DNA from: Dubosiella newyorkensis
GTDB taxonomy: Bacteria; Bacillota_I; Bacilli_A; Erysipelotrichales; Erysipelotrichaceae
Direction of reading: 5' to 3'
Assembly: GCF_001945605.1 (NCBI RefSeq)
Contig: NZ_MPKA01000086.1
Coordinates: 61,045 to 93,044, forward strand
Length of the DNA: 32,000 bases
The number at the start of each line of letters is the position of its first letter. Within the stretch, counting starts at the first letter, position 1. Under the pieces are notes generated by a model. The model had not been told where the DNA came from. It searched no databases and worked only from the letters and a program-made list of their open reading frames with translations. Positions 17,669 through 26,526 of this stretch are shown in pieces. Made by a program: the position numbers and the translations under genes.

Positions 17669-18834
17669 AAAAAGTAGTGGAAAGAAATCCAAGTCTTGTA
17701 GAAGCGGGGTTTCATTTGATGAATACACATACGATCTTGCCAGATACGTATGTCGTGGATGTCGATCAGTTTGTAGCCAACGCCAAAGCGATCTTAGAAA
17801 AAGCCAACCTCTATGGGATTGACTTGTACTTTATGCTCAAGCAGATCGGACGGAATCCATACTTAGCCAAAAAGCTAGTCGAGCTCGGGTATCCTGGAGC
17901 TGTCGCGGTCGATTATAGGGAAGCGGAAGTGTTGATGGCTCACGACATCCCCATCAGCAACATTGGACATCTTGTGCAAGTACCGCAAGGCTTTTTAGAA
18001 AGAGTCGTAGCGTATGAGCCAGACTACCTCACGGTCTTTTCACTCGATAAGATCGAGGAGATCGAAAAGATCTGCGCGAAGTTGAACAAAAAACAAAAAG
18101 TGCTGCTCAAAGTCGTGGGCGAAGACGATGTATTGTATACGGGCCAGTTTGCCGGCTTCGAATTGAAAGATCTCGATCAGGTCGTAGAAACGATCAATAA
18201 ATTCGACCACATTCAAATTGGCGGTGTCACTTCTTTTCCTTGTTTCTTGGTGGATGAAACGAGCGGGAAGGCAAAGCCCACGCCAAATCTTGAAACGCTT
18301 TTGCAGGCCAAAGCGGTCTTAAAAGCGCATGGAATCGAGGATATCAACGTGAATGCGCCTTCCGCGACTTGTATCGAAACGTTAGAAGAAATGGCAGCGT
18401 GCAAATCGATCACGAGCGCAGAACCAGGACACGGTTTATCAGGGACTACACCGCTACATGCCCACAGAACTATGAAAGAGATTCCTTGCGTGATCTATAT
18501 GAGCGAGATCTCGCACAACTTCAAAGAGCACGCGTATAGTTTTGGGGGCGGACATTATCGGCGCTCGCATATTCAATATGCTCTTGTTGGAAGATCGCTC
18601 AAACAAGCCGAGTGGACGAAAGTCTTGGATCTAGATCCGACGTGTATCGATTATTATTTTGAGCTGGAAAGATCGTTTCCGGTTTCATATCCTGTGTGTA
18701 TGGCGTTTCGGTTTCAGATTTTCGTGACGCGTTCGCATGTAGCGCTTTTGGAAGGTCTTCATCATGGAGATCGAAAAAGGATCGGTTTGTATGATAGTCA
18801 AGGAAGGAGTATCGTATGGGAAGATTTATCGTGA
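17659..18834 (+). CDS. yhfX: YhfX-like alanine-racemase-fold (fold-type III PLP) protein
   Basis: 391 aa (E. coli YhfX is about 387 aa), overlapping yhfS by 10 nt. It has an N-terminal TIM-barrel-like region with a lysine in YFMLKQIG. Confidence 0.75.
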   Translation: MFLKKVVERNPSLVEAGFHLMNTHTILPDTYVVDVDQFVANAKAILEKANLYGIDLYFMLKQIGRNPYLAKKLVELGYPGAVAVDYREAEVLMAHDIPISNIGHLVQVPQGFLERVVAYEPDYLTVFSLDKIEEIEKICAKLNKKQKVLLKVVGEDDVLYTGQFAGFELKDLDQVVETINKFDHIQIGGVTSFPCFLVDETSGKAKPTPNLETLLQAKAVLKAHGIEDINVNAPSATCIETLEEMAACKSITSAEPGHGLSGTTPLHAHRTMKEIPCVIYMSEISHNFKEHAYSFGGGHYRRSHIQYALVGRSLKQAEWTKVLDLDPTCIDYYFELERSFPVSYPVCMAFRFQIFVTRSHVALLEGLHHGDRKRIGLYDSQGRSIVWEDLS

Positions 18835-20021
18835 TCGTCCTCGATGGGTTCGGGATGCAGGCGATGAAGGATGCGGCGATCGTTCGCCCAGGGGATGAAA
18901 ACAGCAGCACGCTAGGCAGCTTGCTTCATGATTTTCCTGATCTTAAGCTGCCCACTTTAGAATATCTTGGTTTGATGAACGCGTTTGGTCAGGAAAGTAG
19001 GGCGATGAAGTTTTCTTCTTCGGCTTCCTTTGGACGATGTGAGCTGATGCATTTTGGAGCGGACACGTTTCAAGGGCATCAAGAGATCATGGGAACCAAG
19101 CCGAAAAAGCCTGAAGTGCATGATTTTCAACAAAAGATCTACGAAATCGAGAAGATCTTGCTTTCCAATGGGCATCAAGTCGAGCGTCTTGGCGAGAAAG
19201 GATTGGAGTACTTGCTGGTGGATCAATATTGCACGGTGGCGGATAATATCGATTCGGATCTAGGGATGGCGTATAATTGCACGGCTCCTCTTGATTTTCT
19301 TTCTTTTGATCAAGAGATGGAGATCGCGCGTCTTGTTCGAAGTGTTGTTTTTGTCAACCGGGTCATCGCTTTTGGCGGGACAGGGAATACGATCGAAGAT
19401 ATTTTAAAGGCTGAACAAGTGCGGGAAGGAAAATATATTGGTTTGCTCGCTTCCGCGACAAAGTCGTATGAGCAAGGGTATGAATGCCGGCATCTTGGCT
19501 ATGGTGTCGATCCAAGCGTGCAGGCGCCCATGATCTTAGGCAAGGCTAGCATTCCCGTGTCTTTGTTTGGCAAAGTGGCGGATATCGTTCATAACGAGTA
19601 TGGCAAATCGGTTTCAATGGTGGATACAGCCAAGGTGCTTGATCTTACGATCGAAGAAATGAAAACGATGGAGCATGGGTTTATTTGCACGAATGTGCAG
19701 GAAACCGATCTAGCGGGGCATTCGCAAGATCCGCTCCGGTATAAAGAGGTGCTTGAGATCGCGGATCAAAAGCTAAGACAAATTGTCGAGTTGGTGAATG
19801 AAGAGGATGTGCTCGTGGTCATGGCGGATCATGGCAACGATCCGGACATTGGCCACAACAAGCATACAAGGGAGAACGTCCCTCTGCTCGTGAAAGCTAG
19901 AAAGGAAGGGGTCGATCTTGGTTTGCGCGCCTCTCTTTCGGATGTGGGCGCGAGCGTGTGCGATTATTTTGGGGTTGAGGCTCCAGAAAATGGGACGTCG
20001 TTCTTGCCTTTGATTCGATGA
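18816..20021 (+). CDS. yhfW: YhfW-like phosphopentomutase / alkaline-phosphatase-superfamily metalloenzyme
   Basis: 401 aa (E. coli YhfW is about 408 aa), overlapping yhfX by 19 nt. It has the N-terminal IVIVLDGFG metal-site motif and C-terminal VMADHGNDP...GHNKHTRE, typical of phosphopentomutase-like enzymes. Confidence 0.8.
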   Translation: MGRFIVIVLDGFGMQAMKDAAIVRPGDENSSTLGSLLHDFPDLKLPTLEYLGLMNAFGQESRAMKFSSSASFGRCELMHFGADTFQGHQEIMGTKPKKPEVHDFQQKIYEIEKILLSNGHQVERLGEKGLEYLLVDQYCTVADNIDSDLGMAYNCTAPLDFLSFDQEMEIARLVRSVVFVNRVIAFGGTGNTIEDILKAEQVREGKYIGLLASATKSYEQGYECRHLGYGVDPSVQAPMILGKASIPVSLFGKVADIVHNEYGKSVSMVDTAKVLDLTIEEMKTMEHGFICTNVQETDLAGHSQDPLRYKEVLEIADQKLRQIVELVNEEDVLVVMADHGNDPDIGHNKHTRENVPLLVKARKEGVDLGLRASLSDVGASVCDYFGVEAPENGTSFLPLIR

Positions 20022-20749
20022 AAGCGTCATGGAGCGAAGGATCGCTTGCGGATGCGATCGTCTTGGCGGGATCGATCTTGTTGGAGAACGGAGCGGAAAC
20101 GCGTCGGATCGAGGATACGATGTTTCGGCTGGCTCATGTCTATGGGGCAGAAGAGATCGAGACGTACGCGACACCAGGCATGTTGATGGTTTCCTTTTCC
20201 TACCATGGAAAGAGTGTCTGGAGGATGAGGCGGACAAGAGTTCGTTCGACAGATCTTGAAAAGATCGATCAGATCAATTCTCTATCGCGTCTCGCTTCAG
20301 CCAACGCACTCCCTTTAACCCAATTGGTTCAAGAATTGAAGCGCGTGCAAGAAGGGGCGGGTGTTGAAAACAAGCAGTTCATTTTGGGGGCTGCCACTTC
20401 TTCTTTCGGATTCGCGCTTCTTTTTCATGCTTCCTTCTATCAAGCTTGTATGGCGGGGATCCTAGGAGGGACTTGTGGTTTATTCTTGCAAAGATCGAAA
20501 GCGAAGGGTGTGTTCAAGAACTTGATGGCGAGCGCTTTTATTTCCTTTTTTGCTTCTTTCGCTCATTCTAAGCTTATATTGTTGGGGGCTCTTATGATCT
20601 TGGTTCCAGGGATGCTTTTGACCAACGCTTTGCGGGATATCGTGAATGGAGACCCGATTTCGGGAATGTCAAGGCTTGGGGAGGCGATCACGATCGCGGC
20701 CTCGATCGCTTTGGGTAATTTGGCGATTCAAATGCTGGGGTGTTTTTGA
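20018..20749 (+). CDS. Threonine/serine exporter family protein, ThrE/YjjP-like part (DUF1212)
   Basis: 243 aa with an ATGA overlap with yhfW. The sequence LLENGAETRRIEDTM...NALRDIVNGDPISG is typical of the ThrE family. Confidence 0.8.
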   Translation: MKASWSEGSLADAIVLAGSILLENGAETRRIEDTMFRLAHVYGAEEIETYATPGMLMVSFSYHGKSVWRMRRTRVRSTDLEKIDQINSLSRLASANALPLTQLVQELKRVQEGAGVENKQFILGAATSSFGFALLFHASFYQACMAGILGGTCGLFLQRSKAKGVFKNLMASAFISFFASFAHSKLILLGALMILVPGMLLTNALRDIVNGDPISGMSRLGEAITIAASIALGNLAIQMLGCF

Positions 20750-21165
20750 TGAAAGGGGTCATTGGCGCTTTTTTGGGCGCTCTGGGGTTTGGCTTGATGT
20801 ATCATCTTTCGGGGAAGAAGCTTTGGTGGACGGCGCTTTGTGGAGGGGTTGGTCAGTTTATTTGCTTGCTTGTTTCAAGATGGACAGATTCGGCGATGGC
20901 TCCCATGTTGGTGGCCGCCTTTTGTGTCAATAGCTTTGCGGAAATCTTGGCTCGTCGATTGAAGGCGCCTGTGATCGTGTTTTTGGTGTGCGCTCTGATT
21001 CCGCTCGTTCCTGGAAAAGGGATCTATGAAGCGTTGTTGTGTTGTTTAAGCGAAAATGGCGCGAGCATGGAGGCGGCATCGAAAACATTGCTGGAAGCTT
21101 CGGGGATCGTGGCTGGTTGCGCGATCAGTTCGTGGTTGTTTTATCGGAAATCAAGTGAAGAATGA
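20749..21165 (+). CDS. Threonine/serine exporter family protein, YjjB-like part (DUF3815)
   Basis: 138 aa from the ATG at 20749, with a TGATG overlap; the track uses a GTG at 20740. It has four hydrophobic helices, and LIPLVPG is typical of the family. Confidence 0.75.
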   Translation: MKGVIGAFLGALGFGLMYHLSGKKLWWTALCGGVGQFICLLVSRWTDSAMAPMLVAAFCVNSFAEILARRLKAPVIVFLVCALIPLVPGKGIYEALLCCLSENGASMEAASKTLLEASGIVAGCAISSWLFYRKSSEE

Positions 21166-21190
21166 ATATGTCTAAGGCAAATTGAGATTG

Positions 21191-21234
21191 GCCGCTTATT
21201 CTTAATCCTCATTAAGAGTAAGCGGCTTTTGCTT
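21191..21234 (+). terminator. Rho-independent terminator ending the yhf-exporter operon
   Basis: GCCGCTTATTCTTAAT pairs with ATTAAGAGTAAGCGGC over 16 bp with one G-U pair, followed by TTTT. Confidence 0.7.
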
Positions 21235-21260
21235 GTCTTCAAGAGTCGTGTCACTATAAA

Positions 21261-21274
21261 ATATCTTAAGATAT
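21261..21274. promoter_or_regulatory. Perfect 14-bp palindrome, candidate TetR operator
   Basis: ATATCTTAAGATAT sits 36 nt upstream of the TetR start, next to a TATAAA -10-like box (21255-21260). Confidence 0.4.
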
Positions 21275-21309
21275 ATATCGTAGGATATTTCATAGAAAAG
21301 AGGAGCGAT

Positions 21310-21882
21310 ATGCCACCAAGACGAAAAATAACGAAAGAAATGCTGTTAGACCATGCTTTTCAAATAGCTGAAAGTAAGGGAATTTCTGCTGTAACCTCAC
21401 GAAGCGTTGCAAAATCGGTAGGATGTTCTGTTCAGCCTGTTTTTAGCCAGTTTCCAACTATGGAAGAACTGCGGCAAGCGACCTTTGATTATGCGTGTAA
21501 TAAGTTTGTAGACGAGGTATTAGTTTTTGAAAATCAGCCCGACTTTATGCTTAAAGTAGTTTCATGAACAATAGACCTTGCTCGAAACAGACCACACTTA
21601 TACCGTTTGCTTTATTTGTCGGGCGGTTTTCAAGGAAAAACCCTAATGGAATCTATGATGACGTATGAAAGCAATCAAAAAATGATAGCAAAAATGACAG
21701 AACTATACGGATTGGACACAGAAAACTGCAAAGATATTCTAATGCGTAGCTGTTTATTCCTATTGGGAATCGGAACAATGATTTGTGAAAATCACTTTTC
21801 TTATACAGACGAACAGATTTCCCAAATGATGAAGCAGACGGTTGCGGATCTGGTGCAGGGAGCAAAGAGGCGCAGCATATGA
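21310..21882 (+). pseudogene. TetR/AcrR family regulator interrupted by one in-frame TGA
   Basis: Track ORFs 21229..21567 and 21607..21882 are in the same frame. The 39 nt between them contain no stop. The joined product is 190 aa with a TetR HTH (SAVTSRSVAKSVGCSVQPVFSQF). The TGA is at 21565-21567. Confidence 0.75.
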
Positions 21883-23225
21883 AACAAATCGGATTATTGA
21901 GGGCATTGGCACTGACACGCAAGGCGAACAAAATGAGTAATCAAGAGCGGATTGCTTTGCAGCAACGCCGCTTGAAGGAGCTAATTGCCTATGCGAGGAA
22001 AAATAGCTCATACTTTTCGAAGCTGTATAAAGGCATTGATAAGGACTGTCCTTTATCAGAATATCCGACTACTAATAAGGCGGATATGGCAAAGCACTTT
22101 GACGAATGGTTTACAGATCGTTCGATCACAAGGGACATTGTAGATAGTTTTATGTCAGACCTTTCCAATGTGGGGAAGAAATTAAACGGAAAATATCTGG
22201 TTTACACCACTTCTGGCTCAACTGGAACTCCTTGTATTGTCCTATATGATGACACAACTATCAATGTTTCCTCTGCGATTGGTGTTTTACGCAGTTTTGC
22301 AAGGAAAGAAGATATGAGGTTGTTTATGCAGTCGGGCGGAAAAGCCCTTGCCCTTTTTGCCGACAACGGTTTTTATCTTGGAAGCGGCTCAGGCAAGTAT
22401 CAGCTTCGTAAAATGCCATGGAAGAAAAGAAAAATGAAAGCCTTGGATGTTCGAAAATCGAATTCCGAAATTATTGCTTTGTTGAATGCGTACCAGCCAT
22501 CTATGATTGGCTGCTATCCTTCCGCGATGGAAATACTGGCTGCCAAACAGGAAAAGGGAAATTTGCATATTCGACCAGCCATGATCATGACGGGTGGAGA
22601 AAAGCTGAACGACGATGTACGGGAATATTTGTCCAAAGTGTTCGGCTGTTATGTGCAGACCAATTATTCTTGTACGAAGGGAGGCACAGTTGCTTGCGAA
22701 TGTACCGAAAGACACTTCCATATAAACGATGATTGGATAATTGTTGAAGCTGTTGACGAAAACAATCAGCCTGTTCCGTTTGGAACCCAGTCAGCAAAGG
22801 TATTACTTACAAATCTTGCGAATAAGATATGCCCTATCATCCGTTTTGAAATAACGGATAGGATTATTCTTCATAAAGAACCATGCGCGTGTGGCAATTC
22901 CAGACCGTGGCTTACTTTAGAAGGTAGAACAGATGACATTCTGGTATTTGGGAATGGCATCAAGTTTGCTCCGCTACCTCTCTATGCCATATTAAAAGAA
23001 GTTCAAGGAATAGAAAGGTTTCAACTTATCCAACATGTGAATGACCGTTTGGAGCTGTGGCTGATAGCCAAGAACAAACAGGAACAATTTGCGAAAGCAA
23101 AACAAGCGATCGAAGCGCATTTGCGTCAGAATGGAGTAGATGCCAAGATTTATTTATCAAACAGTGATCCCTCTGCAGATCCAATAAGTGGAAAATTCAA
23201 ACATGTTGTCGCAAAGAAGAGCTGA
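21879..23225 (+). CDS. Phenylacetate-CoA ligase family (PaaK / F390 synthetase / CapK-like) adenylating enzyme
   Basis: 448 aa with an ATGA overlap with the TetR stop. It has the TTSGSTGTP P-loop and a PaaK-like overall layout. Confidence 0.75.
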   Translation: MKQIGLLRALALTRKANKMSNQERIALQQRRLKELIAYARKNSSYFSKLYKGIDKDCPLSEYPTTNKADMAKHFDEWFTDRSITRDIVDSFMSDLSNVGKKLNGKYLVYTTSGSTGTPCIVLYDDTTINVSSAIGVLRSFARKEDMRLFMQSGGKALALFADNGFYLGSGSGKYQLRKMPWKKRKMKALDVRKSNSEIIALLNAYQPSMIGCYPSAMEILAAKQEKGNLHIRPAMIMTGGEKLNDDVREYLSKVFGCYVQTNYSCTKGGTVACECTERHFHINDDWIIVEAVDENNQPVPFGTQSAKVLLTNLANKICPIIRFEITDRIILHKEPCACGNSRPWLTLEGRTDDILVFGNGIKFAPLPLYAILKEVQGIERFQLIQHVNDRLELWLIAKNKQEQFAKAKQAIEAHLRQNGVDAKIYLSNSDPSADPISGKFKHVVAKKS

Positions 23226-23239
23226 TGCTTGATCGAAAA

Positions 23240-23290
23240 GAAAAGCGAAGTTCCCATTCATGAATAGGATCTTCGCTTCTTTTATTTTGA
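23240..23290. terminator. Hairpin between convergent genes, possibly a bidirectional terminator
   Basis: AGCGAAG (23244-23250) pairs with CTTCGCT (23271-23277), with a T-run after it on the plus strand and an A-run before it. Confidence 0.5.
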
Positions 23291-23295
23291 TTATA

Positions 23296-23601
23296 TCAGA
23301 CAAGAACGACGTCGCGGATGCCTGGGACTTCATCGAGAAGCAATAGGCGGATCCCAGACGAGAAATCATCGGCGGCCATCATACAGCCGGCGCATGCGCC
23401 TCGAAACGAGACATAGGCTACATTTTGTTCGTCGATGCCTAAAAGTTCGATATCGCCTCCATCGTGCTGGATGTAGGGGCGGATCTTATCGAGGCATTGT
23501 TCGACTTCTTCTTCGGAAACGAGGATGTTGGCTTCTTCGTTTTCTTTCGCTTCTTTTTCGAGTGATTGTTCTAGCGTTTCTGTTTTATTTTCTTCAGACA
23601 T
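23296..23601 (-). CDS. NifU-like (Nfu-type) Fe-S cluster scaffold domain protein
   Basis: Preferred start MSEENK at 23601, preceded by GGAGGT. The C-terminal Nfu domain has a GACAGC CxxC motif and IRPYIQHDGGDIEL. Confidence 0.8.
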   Translation of the reverse strand: MSEENKTETLEQSLEKEAKENEEANILVSEEEVEQCLDKIRPYIQHDGGDIELLGIDEQNVAYVSFRGACAGCMMAADDFSSGIRLLLLDEVPGIRDVVLV

Positions 23602-23611
23602 ACTGTACCTC

Positions 23612-24076
23612 CTACGCAATAAACATCGGCAGCAGGATCATCGGCACGATCAAGCCGACAAAAAAGCCGCCGAGAACTTCGATTCCTTTATGACCTAAGA
23701 TCGATTTGAGTTTTTCTTGATATATAGGGTCGTCTAGATTGAGTCCGACCATCGTTTTTAAGTCTTTGATCAACTGTTGGGTCAACGCGATGTTTTTTCC
23801 GCTGTAATATCGAACGTGACAGGCATCATACATGACGATCAACGAAAAGATGCATGTGACATCGAATATTGCGGAATCAAAACCTTCTTGGATCCCGATC
23901 GCTAAAGACAAGGCGGTGACGGTCGAGGAGTGGGAGCTTGGAAAGCCGCCGCTCATCAAGACCCAATGAAGATCCCAGGATCCAGTCCGGTAATAGTATA
24001 CAAATGTTTTGGCGACTTGCGCAACCAAATTCGCGAGCAGAGCGCTGATCAAAGGGAACAGGGATGCAGGTAACAT
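23612..24076 (-). CDS. Divergent PAP2 family membrane protein (DUF212)
   Basis: 154 aa. GGFPSSHSSTV is characteristic of this family. Confidence 0.75.
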   Translation of the reverse strand: MLPASLFPLISALLANLVAQVAKTFVYYYRTGSWDLHWVLMSGGFPSSHSSTVTALSLAIGIQEGFDSAIFDVTCIFSLIVMYDACHVRYYSGKNIALTQQLIKDLKTMVGLNLDDPIYQEKLKSILGHKGIEVLGGFFVGLIVPMILLPMFIA

Positions 24077-24191
24077 TCGATCATCTCCTAAATGTCATTA
24101 TTATACCATACTTGGGTTAGGATCGATGGTTTAGACACTAGAATCGTTTATAATACTAATGAAATACTATTGAATAGAAAGAAGGAGATCT

Positions 24192-25118
24192 ATGGCTGTA
24201 TTCGTGATCGGTTCAATGAATATCGATATGTTTTTTGATGTGGATCATTTTGTTCGCGCTAAAGAAACGCTTTTGCCTGATCGGTGCGAAGTGCTTCCAG
24301 GAGGAAAAGGGTTGAATCAGGCATGCGCTTGCTCGAAAGCGGGAGCGAAGACGTTCATGGCTGGAAAGATCGGAAGCGATAGAAAAATACTTCTTGACGC
24401 TCTGAATCAAGCTCGAGTCGATGCTCGATTCGTTCAGATCGACGAGAATGACATGAGCGGAAGAGCGATCATTCAAAGAGATCCTAGTGGCGAGAATTGT
24501 ATTTTATTGGTTCCTGGACTCAATCACGCTTTAGAGTGTGAGGATTTTGAAAATGTGTTGGAGAAGATTGGCGAGAATGATATTGTCCTACTTCAAAACG
24601 AGATCTCGAATTTGTGTGTCCTAGCTAAATTGTTAAAGGAAAAAGGAGCGTTCGTAGTGTTCAATCCTGCGCCAGTTACGGATTCGATTCCAAAAGACCT
24701 TTCGTTTGTTTCTATTCTTGTGGTCAATGAAGTGGAGATCGAACAGCTACTTTCGAAAACAGGAGATCCAAAGAAGTTGTGCGAGGAATGGCTTGGATCC
24801 TATCCAGATTCTTCGATCGTTCTGACTTTATCGAACCATGGATCGATGTTCGCGAACCGGAATCAAATGTTGTTCATGCCTTCCTTTCCGGTCAACGCCA
24901 TCGATACGACTGGCGCAGGAGATACTTATATTGGCTATTTTTGCGCGCTTCTCGATCAAGGATCCGAAATCGAGAGCGCGCTCCAGTTCGCTTCGGCGGC
25001 CGCTGCGCTTTCGGTCACAAGAGCAGGGGCGGCTACTTCGATCCCGGAACGAAAGGAAGTGGAAGCTTTGATCGAGAAAAGCGATATCCTATGCCAAAGA
25101 GCGAATCAAATGGTCTAG
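24192..25118 (+). CDS. rbsK: Ribokinase / PfkB family sugar kinase
   Basis: 308 aa with an AAGGAG SD. It has GGKGLNQACA and DTTGAGDTYIGYF motifs. Confidence 0.75.
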   Translation: MAVFVIGSMNIDMFFDVDHFVRAKETLLPDRCEVLPGGKGLNQACACSKAGAKTFMAGKIGSDRKILLDALNQARVDARFVQIDENDMSGRAIIQRDPSGENCILLVPGLNHALECEDFENVLEKIGENDIVLLQNEISNLCVLAKLLKEKGAFVVFNPAPVTDSIPKDLSFVSILVVNEVEIEQLLSKTGDPKKLCEEWLGSYPDSSIVLTLSNHGSMFANRNQMLFMPSFPVNAIDTTGAGDTYIGYFCALLDQGSEIESALQFASAAAALSVTRAGAATSIPERKEVEALIEKSDILCQRANQMV

Positions 25119-25186
25119 GACTTATTGTTTTTAAAAAGGAGTGTAAATGGTATAATAAGAAAAATGGTACGAAGGGAGAATAACGA

Positions 25187-26458
25187 ATGTTAACGTTAGA
25201 TTTAAACCATGCAAAATTAAAAGAAGATGTTAAAAGCTATCAAGAAGAGGTCAACAAGATCGATGAGACTTTAAGAAATCACACTTGTAAAGGAAACGAC
25301 TTCACGGGATGGCTGACTTGGGCGCAAGACTATGACCGCAATGAATTCACCCGCATCAAAGAATGCGCGAAACGTATCCAGGAAAACGGGGATGTATTGG
25401 TCGTATGCGGTATTGGAGGCTCGTATTTAGGCGCAAGAGCGGCGATCGAAATGATCAACGGGATCTATCCGGAAAACCAGATCGAGATCGTATATTTAGG
25501 AAATACGTTCTCAAGTTCTTATATCGCGCAAGTGATGAAATACATCGAAGGAAAGAGCGTCTATGTGAATGTTATCTCAAAATCAGGAACAACGACGGAA
25601 ACGGCTCTTGCTTTCAGAATCTTGAAACAGTTCATGGAAGACAAATATGGCGAAGAGGCAAGCTCGCGCATCATCGCGACGACCGACAAAGCTAGAGGAA
25701 CGCTTAAAGCGCTCGCCGAAGAACAAGGTTATGAGACTTTTGTCATTCCGGATGATATTGGAGGACGCTTCTCTGTCATCACACCTGTCGGCGTGCTTCC
25801 TATGGCGGCGGCCGGTATCGATATCGACGCGTTCATGAAAGGATATGCGGATGGTTCTGGCGAATATTCGGATCCTGATCTTGATAAAAACCCAGCGTAT
25901 CGTTACGCGGTCGCTCGTCGTATTTTGCAGAATCAAGGCTATGATGTCGAATTGTTCGTCAATTATGAAACGCAAATGCAGATGGTGGCTGAATGGTGGA
26001 AACAGCTTTTTGGCGAAAGCGAAGGAAAAGATGGTCTTGGTATCTTGCCAGATAGCGCCAACTTCTCGACAGATCTTCACTCACTAGGCCAATTCGTGCA
26101 GGATGGTAAAAAAGTATTGTTCGAAACAAACCTCTATGTCGATCAACCAATGATCGATATCACGTTCCCGAACGATAAAGAAGACAAAGACGGCATGAAT
26201 TATCTTGCTGGAAAATCGGTCGACTGGGCAAATAAGATGGCGGCCAAAGGAACTCTTATGGCGCATGAAGAAACGGGTGGTATTCCTAACATCTTGATCA
26301 CGATGCCAAGCATGTCCGCTTATGATTTTGGAAATATGTGCATGTTCTTCTTCAAAGCGATCGCGATGACAACGCTCATGAACGGAAGCAATCCATTCAA
26401 TCAGCCTGGCGTTGAAGTCTACAAGAAAAACATGTTCAAGCTGTTAGGAAAAGAATAG
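25187..26458 (+). CDS. pgi: Glucose-6-phosphate isomerase
   Basis: 423 aa, Firmicute-type short Pgi: VVCGIGGSYLGARA, ISKSGTTTET, GGRFSV, ESEGK. An extended -10 (TGGTATAAT, 25148-25156) lies upstream. Confidence 0.9.
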   Translation: MLTLDLNHAKLKEDVKSYQEEVNKIDETLRNHTCKGNDFTGWLTWAQDYDRNEFTRIKECAKRIQENGDVLVVCGIGGSYLGARAAIEMINGIYPENQIEIVYLGNTFSSSYIAQVMKYIEGKSVYVNVISKSGTTTETALAFRILKQFMEDKYGEEASSRIIATTDKARGTLKALAEEQGYETFVIPDDIGGRFSVITPVGVLPMAAAGIDIDAFMKGYADGSGEYSDPDLDKNPAYRYAVARRILQNQGYDVELFVNYETQMQMVAEWWKQLFGESEGKDGLGILPDSANFSTDLHSLGQFVQDGKKVLFETNLYVDQPMIDITFPNDKEDKDGMNYLAGKSVDWANKMAAKGTLMAHEETGGIPNILITMPSMSAYDFGNMCMFFFKAIAMTTLMNGSNPFNQPGVEVYKKNMFKLLGKE

Positions 26459-26480
26459 TCGTTCGATTACGGGATTGGTT

Positions 26481-26512
26481 AGAGTCAAACAGTGTGTTTG
26501 GCTCTTTTTTTT
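26481..26512 (+). terminator. Rho-independent terminator after pgi
   Basis: AGAGTCAAACA pairs with TGTTTGGCTCT (one G-U pair) around a 3-nt loop, followed by T8. Confidence 0.7.
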
Positions 26513-26526
26513 ACATATTTTTTACA
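26510..26526 (+). promoter_or_regulatory. Pho-box-like direct repeat upstream of pstS
   Basis: TTTACA-TATTT-TTTACA has an 11-bp period and matches the Bacillus PhoP half-site TT(A/T/C)ACA. A TAAAGT -10-like hexamer sits at 26558-26563. Confidence 0.4.

Noticed and set aside
19773-20259. 154-aa minus-strand ORF and 76-aa plus-strand ORF across the yhfW/ThrE junction
   Set aside because: They are antisense or out of frame relative to two confidently identified genes. Their Ser/Arg/Pro-rich low-complexity products have no start context.
21565-21567. TGA read as tryptophan (genetic code 4), as in Mollicutes relatives
   Set aside because: TGA clearly terminates many well-delimited genes here (yhfZ at 12415-12417, yhfU at 14690-12692 region, php, yhfW, the first ThrE gene), often with a coupled downstream start. 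Standard code 11 fits the whole window. The TetR TGA is better explained as a nonsense mutation or a sequencing error.
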